Shown: positions 9,335-18,834, counted from the stretch's first letter. The stretch is DNA of 40,000 bases from Megamonas funiformis (GCF_010669225.1 NZ_CP048627.1:965292-1005291); one strand, 5' to 3'. Numbers and translations: made by a program. Notes: generated from the sequence alone by a model not told the origin.

Positions 9335-9517
9335 ATGAATGATAACTATTTTTTAAAAGAATGTGAAGAAAAGGTAAGTATAGAAGCTGGTCATGTACTT
9401 AGAAATTTAGAAAGATTTGCTGAAGAAGAAATGCTTGAATTTGATTGGATATTACTAGAATTTAGAAAACAATTTAATAGAAAGATAAAAGAACGAGGTA
9501 TTAATTATGACTTATGA
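9335..9517 (+). CDS. hypothetical protein
   Basis: 60-aa ORF in operon context. Confidence 0.45.
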   Translation: MNDNYFLKECEEKVSIEAGHVLRNLERFAEEEMLEFDWILLEFRKQFNRKIKERGINYDL

Positions 9518-9935
9518 AGAAATGAAAAATAAACATCAAAACGAATATGATACATTTGCTAAAGACAAAATTTTCTATATATTTACTTCTAGTAAAGAAG
9601 AGTTTGAAAAGAAATTAAAAGAATATGGATTAAATAGAGAAGATATTTGTTCTATTGGTTATGGTGGATTTATAAGAAAGAAAGATAAGGAAGCATTAAA
9701 AAATCTGACACAAAGACATAGAAAAGAAAAGCAAGAAGCTATAGAACAAGATAAGGACGGAAGTGGATTTATAAAATCTATGTTTATTTATGAGCTTTGG
9801 AGTCATGAATTTGCATATACTTATGATACAGAAGATACTTTGAATGATTTGGGATATACAATGGAACAAATAAATAATGATGAAGCTTTAAAGAATGGTT
9901 TAGATTTAGCTATTCAATACTTTTATAAGAATTAA
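9507..9935 (+). CDS. hypothetical protein
   Basis: ORF whose start overlaps the upstream stop. Confidence 0.5.
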   Translation: MTYEEMKNKHQNEYDTFAKDKIFYIFTSSKEEFEKKLKEYGLNREDICSIGYGGFIRKKDKEALKNLTQRHRKEKQEAIEQDKDGSGFIKSMFIYELWSHEFAYTYDTEDTLNDLGYTMEQINNDEALKNGLDLAIQYFYKN

Positions 9936-9952
9936 AAATATAGGAGATTAAG

Positions 9953-10426
9953 ATGAGGGAAATATTATTTAGAGGTAAAGATATAGATACAAATAAATGG
10001 TGTTATGGTGGATATGTTAGGAAAGTTTTATTTAAAAATACAAAAGATGAAAAAATAAGACATTATATATTTGATGGAGAAAATGCCGGACCAATAGTAA
10101 TGCATGAAGTTAATCCAGAAACAGTAGGGCAAGCAATATGGCTTAAAGATGTAAACGGAAATGAGGTTTTTGAAGGAGATATTGTGGAAGAAGTTGAACC
10201 CGAATGGGGAGAACCTTCTCGTGCTGTTGCTGTTTTTGAAGATAATCAATTTGTATTTGGTTATAATACCGGAGCAATATTATCGGTTGAATTTTTTTAT
10301 AATGAAATAAAAATAGTCGGGAACATATTTGATAATGAAGAGTTATTTCAAAAAATATCTGAACAGCACAGAATTAAATATTATCAAGAAATGAAAGAAT
10401 TACACGGTGATTTAGAAAGTTTATAG
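9953..10426 (+). CDS. YopX-family protein
   Basis: MREILFRGKDIDTNKWCYGGY...VNPETVGQ...GNEVFEGDIV is the typical YopX N-terminal pattern. RBS TAGGAG. Confidence 0.7.
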   Translation: MREILFRGKDIDTNKWCYGGYVRKVLFKNTKDEKIRHYIFDGENAGPIVMHEVNPETVGQAIWLKDVNGNEVFEGDIVEEVEPEWGEPSRAVAVFEDNQFVFGYNTGAILSVEFFYNEIKIVGNIFDNEELFQKISEQHRIKYYQEMKELHGDLESL

Positions 10427-10450
10427 GTACTAAAAATACAGAAAGTGTGA

Positions 10451-10612
10451 ATGATTATGCAATGTGATAAACGATATTATGAAGCCAATACAGGTTTTAT
10501 GTGTTGGATTAATAAGAAACCATGTAATAAAGATAATTGCACATTAAAGCATAGATTTATAAAAGATTTCTCAAATAAAGTTGTTAAAAATTTAAAGGAG
10601 AGTACAAAATGA
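10451..10612 (+). CDS. small Cys-containing hypothetical protein (53 aa, below ORF-track cutoff)
   Basis: Hand translation gives MIMQCDKRYYEANTGFMCWINKKPCNKDNCTLKHRF...ESTK-stop. It fills an otherwise empty gap. Confidence 0.3.
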   Translation: MIMQCDKRYYEANTGFMCWINKKPCNKDNCTLKHRFIKDFSNKVVKNLKESTK

Positions 10613-10657
10613 CACCATTTAAATTATTTAATATTTGGAGTAAACGAAAAGTTAAAC

Positions 10658-10882
10658 TTGTTAATAATGGAGAAAACAATGGAAAAACGCAATCATGAGC
10701 ATTATATGGACCCAGTTCCATATAATGCTATAAATAAAATTGAAAAAGAAACTGAACAAAAAAGATTAGTACGATTAAAAATAGCCTTAAAAGCTACGAG
10801 AGCAATATTTAAAGAATTTGGTTTTGAAGTTAAAGAACGTATAGTAGTTAAAGATTTAGAAAGTAATAAAATATATAAATAA
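10658..10882 (+). CDS. hypothetical protein
   Basis: ORF-track ORF with a TTG start. ATG 10679, which follows GGAG, is the more likely start. Confidence 0.45.
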   Translation: MLIMEKTMEKRNHEHYMDPVPYNAINKIEKETEQKRLVRLKIALKATRAIFKEFGFEVKERIVVKDLESNKIYK

Positions 10883-10896
10883 AGGAAGCTTATATA

Positions 10897-11025
10897 ATGT
10901 TTAAAAGACCACCAACTGAATATGAAATTATAAAACAGAATAATGAAAAACGAAATCGTAAAGTTTTTGGAACAACAATAATAATATTTGTTATAATAGC
11001 AATTTCATTTATATTAGCAGGATGA
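10897..11025 (+). CDS. small single-pass membrane protein (42 aa)
   Basis: MFKRPPTEYEIIKQNNEKRNRKVFGTTIIIFVIIAISFILAG-stop. RBS AAAGGAAG. Followed by a terminator hairpin. Confidence 0.35.
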   Translation: MFKRPPTEYEIIKQNNEKRNRKVFGTTIIIFVIIAISFILAG

Positions 11026-11041
11026 AAATATTAATTTATTC

Positions 11042-11066
11042 AAGGAGCGATATATTCGCTCCTTTT
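11042..11066 (+). terminator. rho-independent terminator-like hairpin
   Basis: AAGGAGCGA-TATAT-TCGCTCCTT forms a 9-bp stem followed by TTTT. Confidence 0.5.
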
Positions 11067-11093
11067 GCTGTCGTATTTGCAATGGAGGTAATT

Positions 11094-11588
11094 ATGAATA
11101 AAAGCGTTGATTACATTGGAAAAACAGTTTATTATTTAAAAAATTATAATCAATTTAAAATATCAATTAAAAACTTGACCGAAGATATTGAAGTATTACA
11201 ACAGACTATGCAATTAGAGGCGGTTGCTCCTATAGCTAAATACGGTGATGATATTACTGCTGGAGGCAATAGTGAATTAACAGCAGTTGAAGCATATACA
11301 GCAAAAAAAGCACAGTATAAGGCTAAGATTATAGAATTACAAAATCGTTTAGAAATTATAAACAGAATAATAAAAAAGGTAGACCGCTCCATTGACGGTC
11401 TTGAAGATGAAGAAAAAAGAATTGTTATATCCTTTTATTTAGACAATAAAACATGGCGTGAAATAGCTCAACGGAATTATATATCAGAACAGTGGGCTAA
11501 AAAATGCAGAAATAAAGCTGTTAGAAGATTATCAAGAATGTTATTCGGTTTAACTGCTATACACGAACAGTTAGATTTATTCATATAA
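11094..11588 (+). CDS. ArpU-family / sigma-70 region-4-like late transcriptional regulator
   Basis: The C-terminal RIVISFYLDNKTWREIAQRNYISEQWAKKCRNKAVRRLSRML is a region-4-type HTH. It sits just upstream of the packaging module. ATG 11094 follows GGAGG. Confidence 0.6.
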   Translation: MNKSVDYIGKTVYYLKNYNQFKISIKNLTEDIEVLQQTMQLEAVAPIAKYGDDITAGGNSELTAVEAYTAKKAQYKAKIIELQNRLEIINRIIKKVDRSIDGLEDEEKRIVISFYLDNKTWREIAQRNYISEQWAKKCRNKAVRRLSRMLFGLTAIHEQLDLFI

Positions 11589-11594
11589 ATTATT

Positions 11595-11617
11595 TTATCC
11601 ACAATTATTGTGGATAA
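11595..11617. promoter_or_regulatory. near-perfect 23-bp palindrome (possible terminator or operator)
   Basis: TTATCCACAAT-T-ATTGTGGATAA lies immediately after the regulator stop codon. Confidence 0.4.
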
Positions 11618-11797
11618 ATACATAATTTTAATAGTGATTATTTTAGTACACATTTAGTATACTTTTTGTAGACTTTTAGTAATCATTTTAGTGCGTGTTT
11701 TTATACCCAAATAGGCGCCTTTTTGTTGCTCTTTTTTTATGTTTTTCGTGTTATACTAATAACATCAAAAATTGCATACGAGATTAAATCAATAATA

Positions 11798-11831
11798 AAG
11801 CACAAGCTATAATGCCTGTGCTTTTTCTTTT
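11798..11831 (+). terminator. terminator-like hairpin just upstream of the ParB-like gene
   Basis: AAAGCACAAGC-TATAAT-GCCTGTGCTTT has one mismatch and is followed by TTCTTTT. Confidence 0.45.
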
Positions 11832-11847
11832 GGGGGGAAATAAACAA

Positions 11848-12603
11848 ATGAAGGAATTACAAATAATTTATAAAAATATTTCTGAATTAAATCCTTATGA
11901 GAACAATCCACGATTTAATGATGAGGCTGTTAAATATGTAGCAAATAGCATTAAAGAATTTGGTTTTAAAAATCCAATTATCCTGGATAATAACAATGTA
12001 ATTATATGTGGACACACTAGATATAAAGCAGCTAAAAAATTAAAAATGAATACTGTTCCATGTATTGTTTGTTCAGATTTAACACCAGAGCAAATAAAAG
12101 CTTTTCGTTTAGCAGATAATAAAACTGCTGAATTAGCTGATTGGGATATGGATTTATTAAATCAAGAATTTGCAGATATACTTGATTTTGATATGTCTTT
12201 ATTTGGATTTATGGATAATATTCCAGATGTTAACTTAGATTTAACAAATGATGATAAATACAGTACAAATATTCAAATTCCACAATATGAAATAACTGGT
12301 GAATGTCCTACACTTGAAGCTTTAGTTGATGAGGACAAGTGCAATTCCCTACTAGGGAAAATAGAGCAAGCAAATATTCCAGAAGAAATAAAAGCTTTTC
12401 TACGTAAAGCAGCTACGCGTCATTATGCTTTTAATTATAAAAATATTGCTGAATATTATGCGCATGCACCAGCCGAAATTCAAGAACTTATGGAAGAATC
12501 TGCACTTGTCATTATTGACTATAATAACGCTATTCGTAATGGTTATGTTCAGCTAAGTGAGGATTTAAAATCCCTAGTAGAGAGCGAGGAAGAAAATGCG
12601 TGA
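11848..12603 (+). CDS. ParB-like nuclease-domain (ParB/Srx fold) protein
   Basis: ISELNPYENNPRFNDEAVKYVANSIKEFGFKNPIIL...ICGHTRYKAAKKL is the classic ParBc N-terminal domain. ATG 11848 follows GGGGGG. Confidence 0.75.
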   Translation: MKELQIIYKNISELNPYENNPRFNDEAVKYVANSIKEFGFKNPIILDNNNVIICGHTRYKAAKKLKMNTVPCIVCSDLTPEQIKAFRLADNKTAELADWDMDLLNQEFADILDFDMSLFGFMDNIPDVNLDLTNDDKYSTNIQIPQYEITGECPTLEALVDEDKCNSLLGKIEQANIPEEIKAFLRKAATRHYAFNYKNIAEYYAHAPAEIQELMEESALVIIDYNNAIRNGYVQLSEDLKSLVESEEENA

Positions 12604-13462
12604 TGATTTTGCAGCATTTATTTTATCTAATGGCAGACCTAACAATATAAAAACACTTAGAGCTTTGAAGAAAGGTAATTACACAGGTAATTGGTATATC
12701 ATATGTGATGATTTAGATGTTACATTACCGGAGTATAAAAAGAAATTTAAAGACAGAGTTATCGTATTCGATAAGCGTGCTATAGCTGCTAAAATCGACA
12801 CGGGTATAAACGATAATGAAGATATGCGAGCTATTGTTTATGCTCGCAATGCTTGTTTTGATATAGCAAAACAATTAGGACTAACATATTTTTTAGAACT
12901 TGACGATGATTATACTTCTTTTGACGCTCGATATATTTCAAAAGGGAAAAAAGATAAACTTAAGGTCCGTAAAATTAAAAATCTTGATAATGTATTTGAG
13001 GCAATAATTAAATTTCTAGATACCTCAGGAGCATTATCAGTTGCCATTGCTCAAGCTGGTGACTATATTGGAGGCATTGATGGAAGATTTTATAAAAAAG
13101 GACTTGCTAGAAAGTGTATGAATACTTTCTTTTGTCGTACCGATAATCGCTTTTGGTGGAGTGGAAAACAAAATGAAGATGTATCAACATATACACATTT
13201 AGGAAATAAAGGAAAATTGTTTTTTACTTATACAAAAATATGTATTATCCAAGCAGCTACACAACAGACTACTGGAGGTATGACAGAGGTATATTTGGAA
13301 AAAGGCGGATATAACAAGCCGTTTTCAAGTGTTATTTTTAGTCCGCAAGCAGTTAAGGTGGCAATGATGAACACTAGCCACAAAAGAATACATCACAAAA
13401 TTAATTGGAATTTATGTACTCCGAAAATAATCAATGAAAGGTACAAAAAAAATAAAAAATAA
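12596..13462 (+). CDS. hypothetical protein, possibly GT-A-fold glycosyltransferase-like
   Basis: An N-terminal beta-strand plus GR motif (AAFILSNGRPNN) and a DxD-like FLELDDDY suggest a nucleotide-sugar transferase fold. This is pattern-level evidence only. Confidence 0.35.
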   Translation: MRDDFAAFILSNGRPNNIKTLRALKKGNYTGNWYIICDDLDVTLPEYKKKFKDRVIVFDKRAIAAKIDTGINDNEDMRAIVYARNACFDIAKQLGLTYFLELDDDYTSFDARYISKGKKDKLKVRKIKNLDNVFEAIIKFLDTSGALSVAIAQAGDYIGGIDGRFYKKGLARKCMNTFFCRTDNRFWWSGKQNEDVSTYTHLGNKGKLFFTYTKICIIQAATQQTTGGMTEVYLEKGGYNKPFSSVIFSPQAVKVAMMNTSHKRIHHKINWNLCTPKIINERYKKNKK

Positions 13463-13553
13463 ATATGCGGTATTTATAATTACTCATGGCAGAGCTAATA
13501 GACAATATCCACTAATTATTTCAAGTAAATATAAGAAGGTAAAAAATGATTGA
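13434..13553 (+). pseudogene. 39-codon ORF resembling the N-terminus of the preceding gene (possible truncated paralogue)
   Basis: MKGTKKIKNKYAVFIITHGRANRQYPL compares with MRDDFAAFILSNGRPNNIKTL. It is cut off where the radical-SAM gene begins. Confidence 0.25.
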
Positions 13554-14487
13554 TGATAATAAATTAATTTTTAATATGAATAATGTTTTTTATAAATTGC
13601 CTATTACAGCAGATATATTTTTAACTAATTTTTGTAATAATCATTGTAATTATTGTACATATGGTCGTTGGGATAAATTAAGTCGTAAGCCTAGATATAT
13701 GACATATGATAAATTTATTGAGTATGTACAAATATTATTACAGTTTAATGTTAAAAGTATTATTTTAACAGGTGGCGGTGAGCCAACGCTGAATCCAGAT
13801 TTTGAAAAAATAACAACTTATTTAGAAGAAAACCATATACCATATGGAGTAAATACGAATTTTAATATTTTGAAGAAGATTGCTCCTAAATATTTAAAAG
13901 TATCTTTAGACGCTAGTAATCCTAAGCAGTATAAAGTTATTAGGGGTGTAGATAGATATACACAAGTTATTAAAAATATACAAGCCTATCGAGTGTGGCA
14001 AAAAGAAAATAACATTCCTACAAAATTAGAAATCCAATGTGTAGTAAAAGATTATGCTGACCTTGATTTTTATTATGCACATAAAGATTTAGATGTAGAT
14101 TACATCATATTTAGACCTGTAGAAAGTACGCAAGCTCAATATTATAAGAATAAAAACAATGTAGCTCCAATATTAGATAAATTAGAACGAATACAATGTC
14201 GCGATAAGCGTGTAGTTATAAATTATAAATTTAATAGAATTGGATATACTCCTAGAGAATGTATAGCTAATTTCGCACAGATTGCACTAGATGAGCAAGG
14301 CAATGTTATGTATTGTTGTCACAAACCATATGAAATTATTGGACATATTACAGAAAAAGATATTCTAAAGAAAAAACTACAATATAAAACTAATATGAGT
14401 AAATGTGATGTTCCGTGCAGATTAACTGGTTGTAATTACTTATTAGATAAGGCAAAGGAGCATACTTCTGATAGTATGTTTATTTAG
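13546..14487 (+). CDS. radical SAM enzyme with Cys-rich C-terminal (SPASM/twitch-like) region
   Basis: CNNHCNYC is the CxxxCxxC cluster. GGGEPTLNP is the SAM-binding motif. C-terminal CC...C..PC....C cysteines. Confidence 0.8.
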   Translation: MIDDNKLIFNMNNVFYKLPITADIFLTNFCNNHCNYCTYGRWDKLSRKPRYMTYDKFIEYVQILLQFNVKSIILTGGGEPTLNPDFEKITTYLEENHIPYGVNTNFNILKKIAPKYLKVSLDASNPKQYKVIRGVDRYTQVIKNIQAYRVWQKENNIPTKLEIQCVVKDYADLDFYYAHKDLDVDYIIFRPVESTQAQYYKNKNNVAPILDKLERIQCRDKRVVINYKFNRIGYTPRECIANFAQIALDEQGNVMYCCHKPYEIIGHITEKDILKKKLQYKTNMSKCDVPCRLTGCNYLLDKAKEHTSDSMFI

Positions 14488-14526
14488 CCTTATTTTGACG
14501 TAATTTGACAATTTTACTATAGGATA

Positions 14527-14964
14527 ATGAAAATGGATATAGAAAATAAAAAAACGCGTATAGAACGCGTTAGAAAGGTTACAACGGAACAGGCTGAAAA
14601 AGCTTTGCAGAAAAGTGCAGGAATATTAACTCATGCAGTTACTTATTTAGAGCAAATGTATGGCATTAAGATTACAAGACAAGCATTATCTTATAGAGTT
14701 AAAAAGTCTAAAAGATTACAACGGGCACAGCAAGAAGCAAGAGAAACAGTTCTGGATCTAGCTGAAGGTGTTATTTTTTCGGAGATAAAAAAAGGAAATT
14801 GGAAAGTGTCTTTATCTGTTCTTAGAACATTAGGGAAAAACAGAGGGTATGCTGAAAAAGTCATTCATACAGATAAAGAAGAAACAGAACAACAATCAAA
14901 TGCAGCAGAATTATTAACAGAAGTATTAGAAAAAGTATGGGAGGGGAAAAATGACAAAACATAA
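14527..14964 (+). CDS. terS: terminase small subunit (putative)
   Basis: 145-aa protein with an HTH-like N-terminus that overlaps the terL start. The call rests mainly on position. Confidence 0.6.
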   Translation: MKMDIENKKTRIERVRKVTTEQAEKALQKSAGILTHAVTYLEQMYGIKITRQALSYRVKKSKRLQRAQQEARETVLDLAEGVIFSEIKKGNWKVSLSVLRTLGKNRGYAEKVIHTDKEETEQQSNAAELLTEVLEKVWEGKNDKT

Positions 14965-16363
14965 TAAAAATATTGATGAATTGGCAAGGTCCATGCGTCA
15001 GTATATTGCCGACCCTGTACCATTTGTACAAAATGTTTTAAAAGCACAGCCAGATAAATGGCAAATAGAATGTCTAAGGGCAATAGCTAATCATCCTCGT
15101 GTGGCTGTTCGTTCTGGTCATGGTGTTGGAAAAACTGCACTAGAAAGTTGGGCTATTTTATGGTTTATGTTTACACGTCCATTTCCTAAAGTGCCATGTA
15201 CAGCTCCAACGCAACAACAATTATTAGATATTCTTTGGCCAGAGATTAGTAAATGGCTAAAACGCTCTGAATTATTAGATGGACTTTTTGATTGGCAAAA
15301 AACAAAGGTTCAAAATAGAATACACCCGGAGAGATGGTTTGCTACAGCAAGAACCGCCAGCAAGCCAGAAAATATGGCAGGGTTCCATGAGGAACACCTG
15401 CTTTTTGTTATTGACGAAGCAAGCGGTGTAATGGACCCGATTTATGAAACGATTGAAGGTGCATTGACTACAAAAGACGCTAAATTACTTTTATGTGGTA
15501 ACCCCACACAAAATATTGGAACATTTAAGCGTGCTTTTCACGAGGATAGAGATTTATATTACACAATAAAAGTTAATTGTATGGATACTGACCGTGTAGC
15601 CAGCGCTTATTGTCAAAGACTTATTCGTCAATATGGTATGGACAGTGATGTTGTTAGAGTTCGTGTGCTTGGAGAATTTCCAAAATCAGAGCCAGACGGA
15701 TTAATTCCATTAGAACTTGTCGAAGCTGCAATGATGAGAGATTTAGATATAGATTACAATTCAATGCTTCATGTTGGAGCAGATATTGCTCGTTTTGGTG
15801 ATGACGAAACGATATTTGTTCCTAGAATTGCTGGAAAAACATTGGGATTATTTCACTATACAAAGCAAGATACAACTACTACAGCAGGTAAATTATTGAA
15901 TATTACAAAGAATTTTATGAGAGATTATCACAAGCCATATGCGACCATTCGTATTGATGATGATGGTGTTGGCGGTGGTGTTACAGATATGCTTAGAGAA
16001 ACTATAAGGGAACAACGACTAAACATTGATGTAATAGCTTGTCACAATGGTGGTAGTCCAATAGACAAAGAACATTATGCGAATTGGGCTACTGAACAAT
16101 GGTGTAACTTAAAACAACGATTACTTGATGAAGATATTGAAATTCCAAATGATGATGAATTATCGGCACAATTAAGTACACGTAAATATTCAATAGATAG
16201 ACGAGGACGTATTATTTTAGAAGATAAAAAGACTTATAAAAAACGTATTCGTAGAAGTCCAGACCGTGCAGATGCTTTAATTCTTGCATTTGCTAAGGTT
16301 AGAAATAATATTGACCCAAATATTGCTGCACTTTTAGGAGGGGCAAAATTATATGGTAATTAG
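14951..16363 (+). CDS. terL: terminase large subunit
   Basis: Walker A VRSGHGVGKT, Walker B LLFVIDEASGV, and a C-terminal nuclease-like region with DRADAL. Confidence 0.9.
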   Translation: MTKHNKNIDELARSMRQYIADPVPFVQNVLKAQPDKWQIECLRAIANHPRVAVRSGHGVGKTALESWAILWFMFTRPFPKVPCTAPTQQQLLDILWPEISKWLKRSELLDGLFDWQKTKVQNRIHPERWFATARTASKPENMAGFHEEHLLFVIDEASGVMDPIYETIEGALTTKDAKLLLCGNPTQNIGTFKRAFHEDRDLYYTIKVNCMDTDRVASAYCQRLIRQYGMDSDVVRVRVLGEFPKSEPDGLIPLELVEAAMMRDLDIDYNSMLHVGADIARFGDDETIFVPRIAGKTLGLFHYTKQDTTTTAGKLLNITKNFMRDYHKPYATIRIDDDGVGGGVTDMLRETIREQRLNIDVIACHNGGSPIDKEHYANWATEQWCNLKQRLLDEDIEIPNDDELSAQLSTRKYSIDRRGRIILEDKKTYKKRIRRSPDRADALILAFAKVRNNIDPNIAALLGGAKLYGN

Positions 16364-17852
16364 AAAATGGCTTAATAAAGCCACTGGAGAAATAAGCAAG
16401 CTACGTATTAGAAATTGGTTTTTTAATGTAAATAATATGTATTCTGCTCCATATTCATTGGGGATAGAAGGTCACGTTGATTATAAAAGAGCTAGAGACC
16501 TTTATTACAATCGTGATGAAAGATATAAATTAGGTGCTGGTTTTGCTAAGCCAATTATAAATACATTAGCTGGGTTTATGGGAACTCCAAATTTTATATG
16601 TGAAGATGAGTCAGCACAAGAGGAATTAGATTTATTTATAAAAAATTTAAAAAGCAAAATGCAACGTACTCATCAGAAAAATCTGATTGATGGTGAAGTT
16701 TTTATTCGATTGATTAATAAGAAATCTAATTCCAAACTTTATCCAGAAAATAGCAGGGGTACAATGCTAGATTATATTCTTATCCCACCAGAATTAATTC
16801 CAACAGGTGGAATAGAATATGACCCTATAACAGGAGAATATTCTGCTATTACGTTATTATCACGAAATAAATGGATTGACGAAAAAGGTAATAAACAAGA
16901 ATATATTTTTCGCCAAAAATTAACAGCAAGTAAAATTATTACAACGATTGAAGGAAATGCACCAAAAGGGCTTGAGAGTAAAACAGAATCAAATCCTTGG
17001 GGGTTTATTCCTATCATTCATTTTAAGAACGAACCAGATGAAACAGAATTACATGGTTATTCAGAACTTGAACCAATAGAGCCATTTTTAAAGGCTTACC
17101 ACGATGTAATGATTCACGCAATAACAGGAAGTAAAATGCACTCAACACCTAAACTTAAATTTAAGTTAAAGGACGTTGAAAAATTTTTGCGAGATAATTT
17201 TCCTAATGCTTTCAATGATATGAAACAACAGAAAGATATTAGATTAGATATAAGCGGAAAACAAATCTTGCTAATGCAGGATGAAGATGACGCAAGCTTT
17301 ATAGAGTGTACATCTGCGATTGGAGATACTTCAACTTTATTGCAATTTTTATTTTATTGCATTATTGATACTTCAGAGGTACCAGAATTTGCTTTTGGGG
17401 TTCATATTTCTAGTTCTCAAGCCAGCACAAAAGAACAAGGTCCAATTCTTACTCGCAGAATAGAGCGAAAAAGGGAACAGGTGGAAACATCGTGGAAAAT
17501 GTTCGCAAGAATGGCTTTATCTATGATTAGTTCTATATCTGGCAGAAATTATAAGTCCTACAATGTAGAAATTGAATGGGACGCAGTGATGGATAAAGAT
17601 GAACAATCAGATGCACAAACTTTATATGTAATAACGCAAGCATTAAGTAATGCCTTAGATAGTAATATTATTAGTATTCAATCGGCTGTAGATTACTTAG
17701 CTAAATATATTGATACTATGGAAACATGGGAACAAGAACAGTCTAGAATTGAAGATACAAAAATGCTCAATAAGCCGATAGAAGAAGCATATCAACAAAA
17801 TAAGCAATTAAAAAATATTGATGATATCTTAACCGGAGGCAATGAGGTATGA
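16353..17852 (+). CDS. portal protein
   Basis: 499 aa, lies immediately after terL with an overlapping start, and is followed by a MuF-like gene. Confidence 0.8.
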   Translation: MVIRKWLNKATGEISKLRIRNWFFNVNNMYSAPYSLGIEGHVDYKRARDLYYNRDERYKLGAGFAKPIINTLAGFMGTPNFICEDESAQEELDLFIKNLKSKMQRTHQKNLIDGEVFIRLINKKSNSKLYPENSRGTMLDYILIPPELIPTGGIEYDPITGEYSAITLLSRNKWIDEKGNKQEYIFRQKLTASKIITTIEGNAPKGLESKTESNPWGFIPIIHFKNEPDETELHGYSELEPIEPFLKAYHDVMIHAITGSKMHSTPKLKFKLKDVEKFLRDNFPNAFNDMKQQKDIRLDISGKQILLMQDEDDASFIECTSAIGDTSTLLQFLFYCIIDTSEVPEFAFGVHISSSQASTKEQGPILTRRIERKREQVETSWKMFARMALSMISSISGRNYKSYNVEIEWDAVMDKDEQSDAQTLYVITQALSNALDSNIISIQSAVDYLAKYIDTMETWEQEQSRIEDTKMLNKPIEEAYQQNKQLKNIDDILTGGNEV

Positions 17853-18817
17853 GCGAGCTAGATGGGATTAAATCGGCGAGTGGTGATTATTATAAATGGG
17901 CATTAGAAGCTAGAAAAAAATATTTATTAATGTTACAACAAACTGATGAAACGATAGCCGAATTATATATAGCGTCCATAAATAGAATTATTCAGGAATT
18001 TAAACGAGGAAAAAATAAAAATCTTAAATATTTATTAGAAGCGATAGCAAAAGATGTAGACAAATTTAATGAGGATTTAGCAAAAGTAATAAAATCTGTA
18101 GTGGAAGATGGTGCAGAAAACGGAATGTATTTTACAAAGCAAGTATCTACAGATGTATTAAAAAAAGCTGGTGTTGATATTGTACCATTTATAAAATCTA
18201 TGGAATTTAATCGCAAGCGAGCTGTACAAATAAGTTTTGCGCGTTCGCATAAAGACGGATTGAAATTATCTGAACGTATCTGGAATGTTGGCCAACATAA
18301 TAAAAAAATAATGTCGGATATTGTGCGAGCCGGAACGGGTGAAGATGTTGTTACTGTAGCACGTAGTTTAGAAAGTTATGTAAAAAAAGGTAAAACAAGT
18401 ATATCAGCTAACTATCCTAATATGATGAAAAGAATGGGCAGTCGTATTCCTGCAAATCTTGATTATAATGCGTTAAGACTTGCACGAACTGAACTTACAG
18501 CAGCTTATGGTGAAGGTGTACTTGCTTCTGCAAAAGCTACTCCTGTAGTTAAATATGTAAAATGGGTGATAAGTTCTAGTCATCCACGTAAAGATATTTG
18601 CGACACTAATGCTACTGGTGGACCAAATGGAAATGGAATATACGAGGCAATGTCTTGTCCAATATATCCTGCACATCCAAATTGTATATGTACGTTGCAA
18701 CCAGCACCAGAAAATACAACAGTTGTGGTAGATAAATTAAAAGCTTGGTTAAAAAATCCACAATCACAACCAGAGATAGAAGAATGGTATCAGACACATT
18801 ATAAAATGTTTGAATAA
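17849..18817 (+). CDS. head morphogenesis protein (Mu F / SPP1 gp7 family)
   Basis: The C-terminal YPAHPNCICTL matches the conserved PxHxNCRC motif of Phage_Mu_F. Confidence 0.8.
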   Translation: MSELDGIKSASGDYYKWALEARKKYLLMLQQTDETIAELYIASINRIIQEFKRGKNKNLKYLLEAIAKDVDKFNEDLAKVIKSVVEDGAENGMYFTKQVSTDVLKKAGVDIVPFIKSMEFNRKRAVQISFARSHKDGLKLSERIWNVGQHNKKIMSDIVRAGTGEDVVTVARSLESYVKKGKTSISANYPNMMKRMGSRIPANLDYNALRLARTELTAAYGEGVLASAKATPVVKYVKWVISSSHPRKDICDTNATGGPNGNGIYEAMSCPIYPAHPNCICTLQPAPENTTVVVDKLKAWLKNPQSQPEIEEWYQTHYKMFE

Positions 18818-18834
18818 TGAAAGGGGGTGAAACT

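Noticed and set aside
14495-14523. Promoter-like TTGACG-17 nt-TATAGG and a tandem TTTGAC(G/A) upstream of terS.
   Set aside because: The -10 match is poor (4/6), the sequence is AT-rich, and there is no supporting evidence. It could equally be unrelated to transcription.
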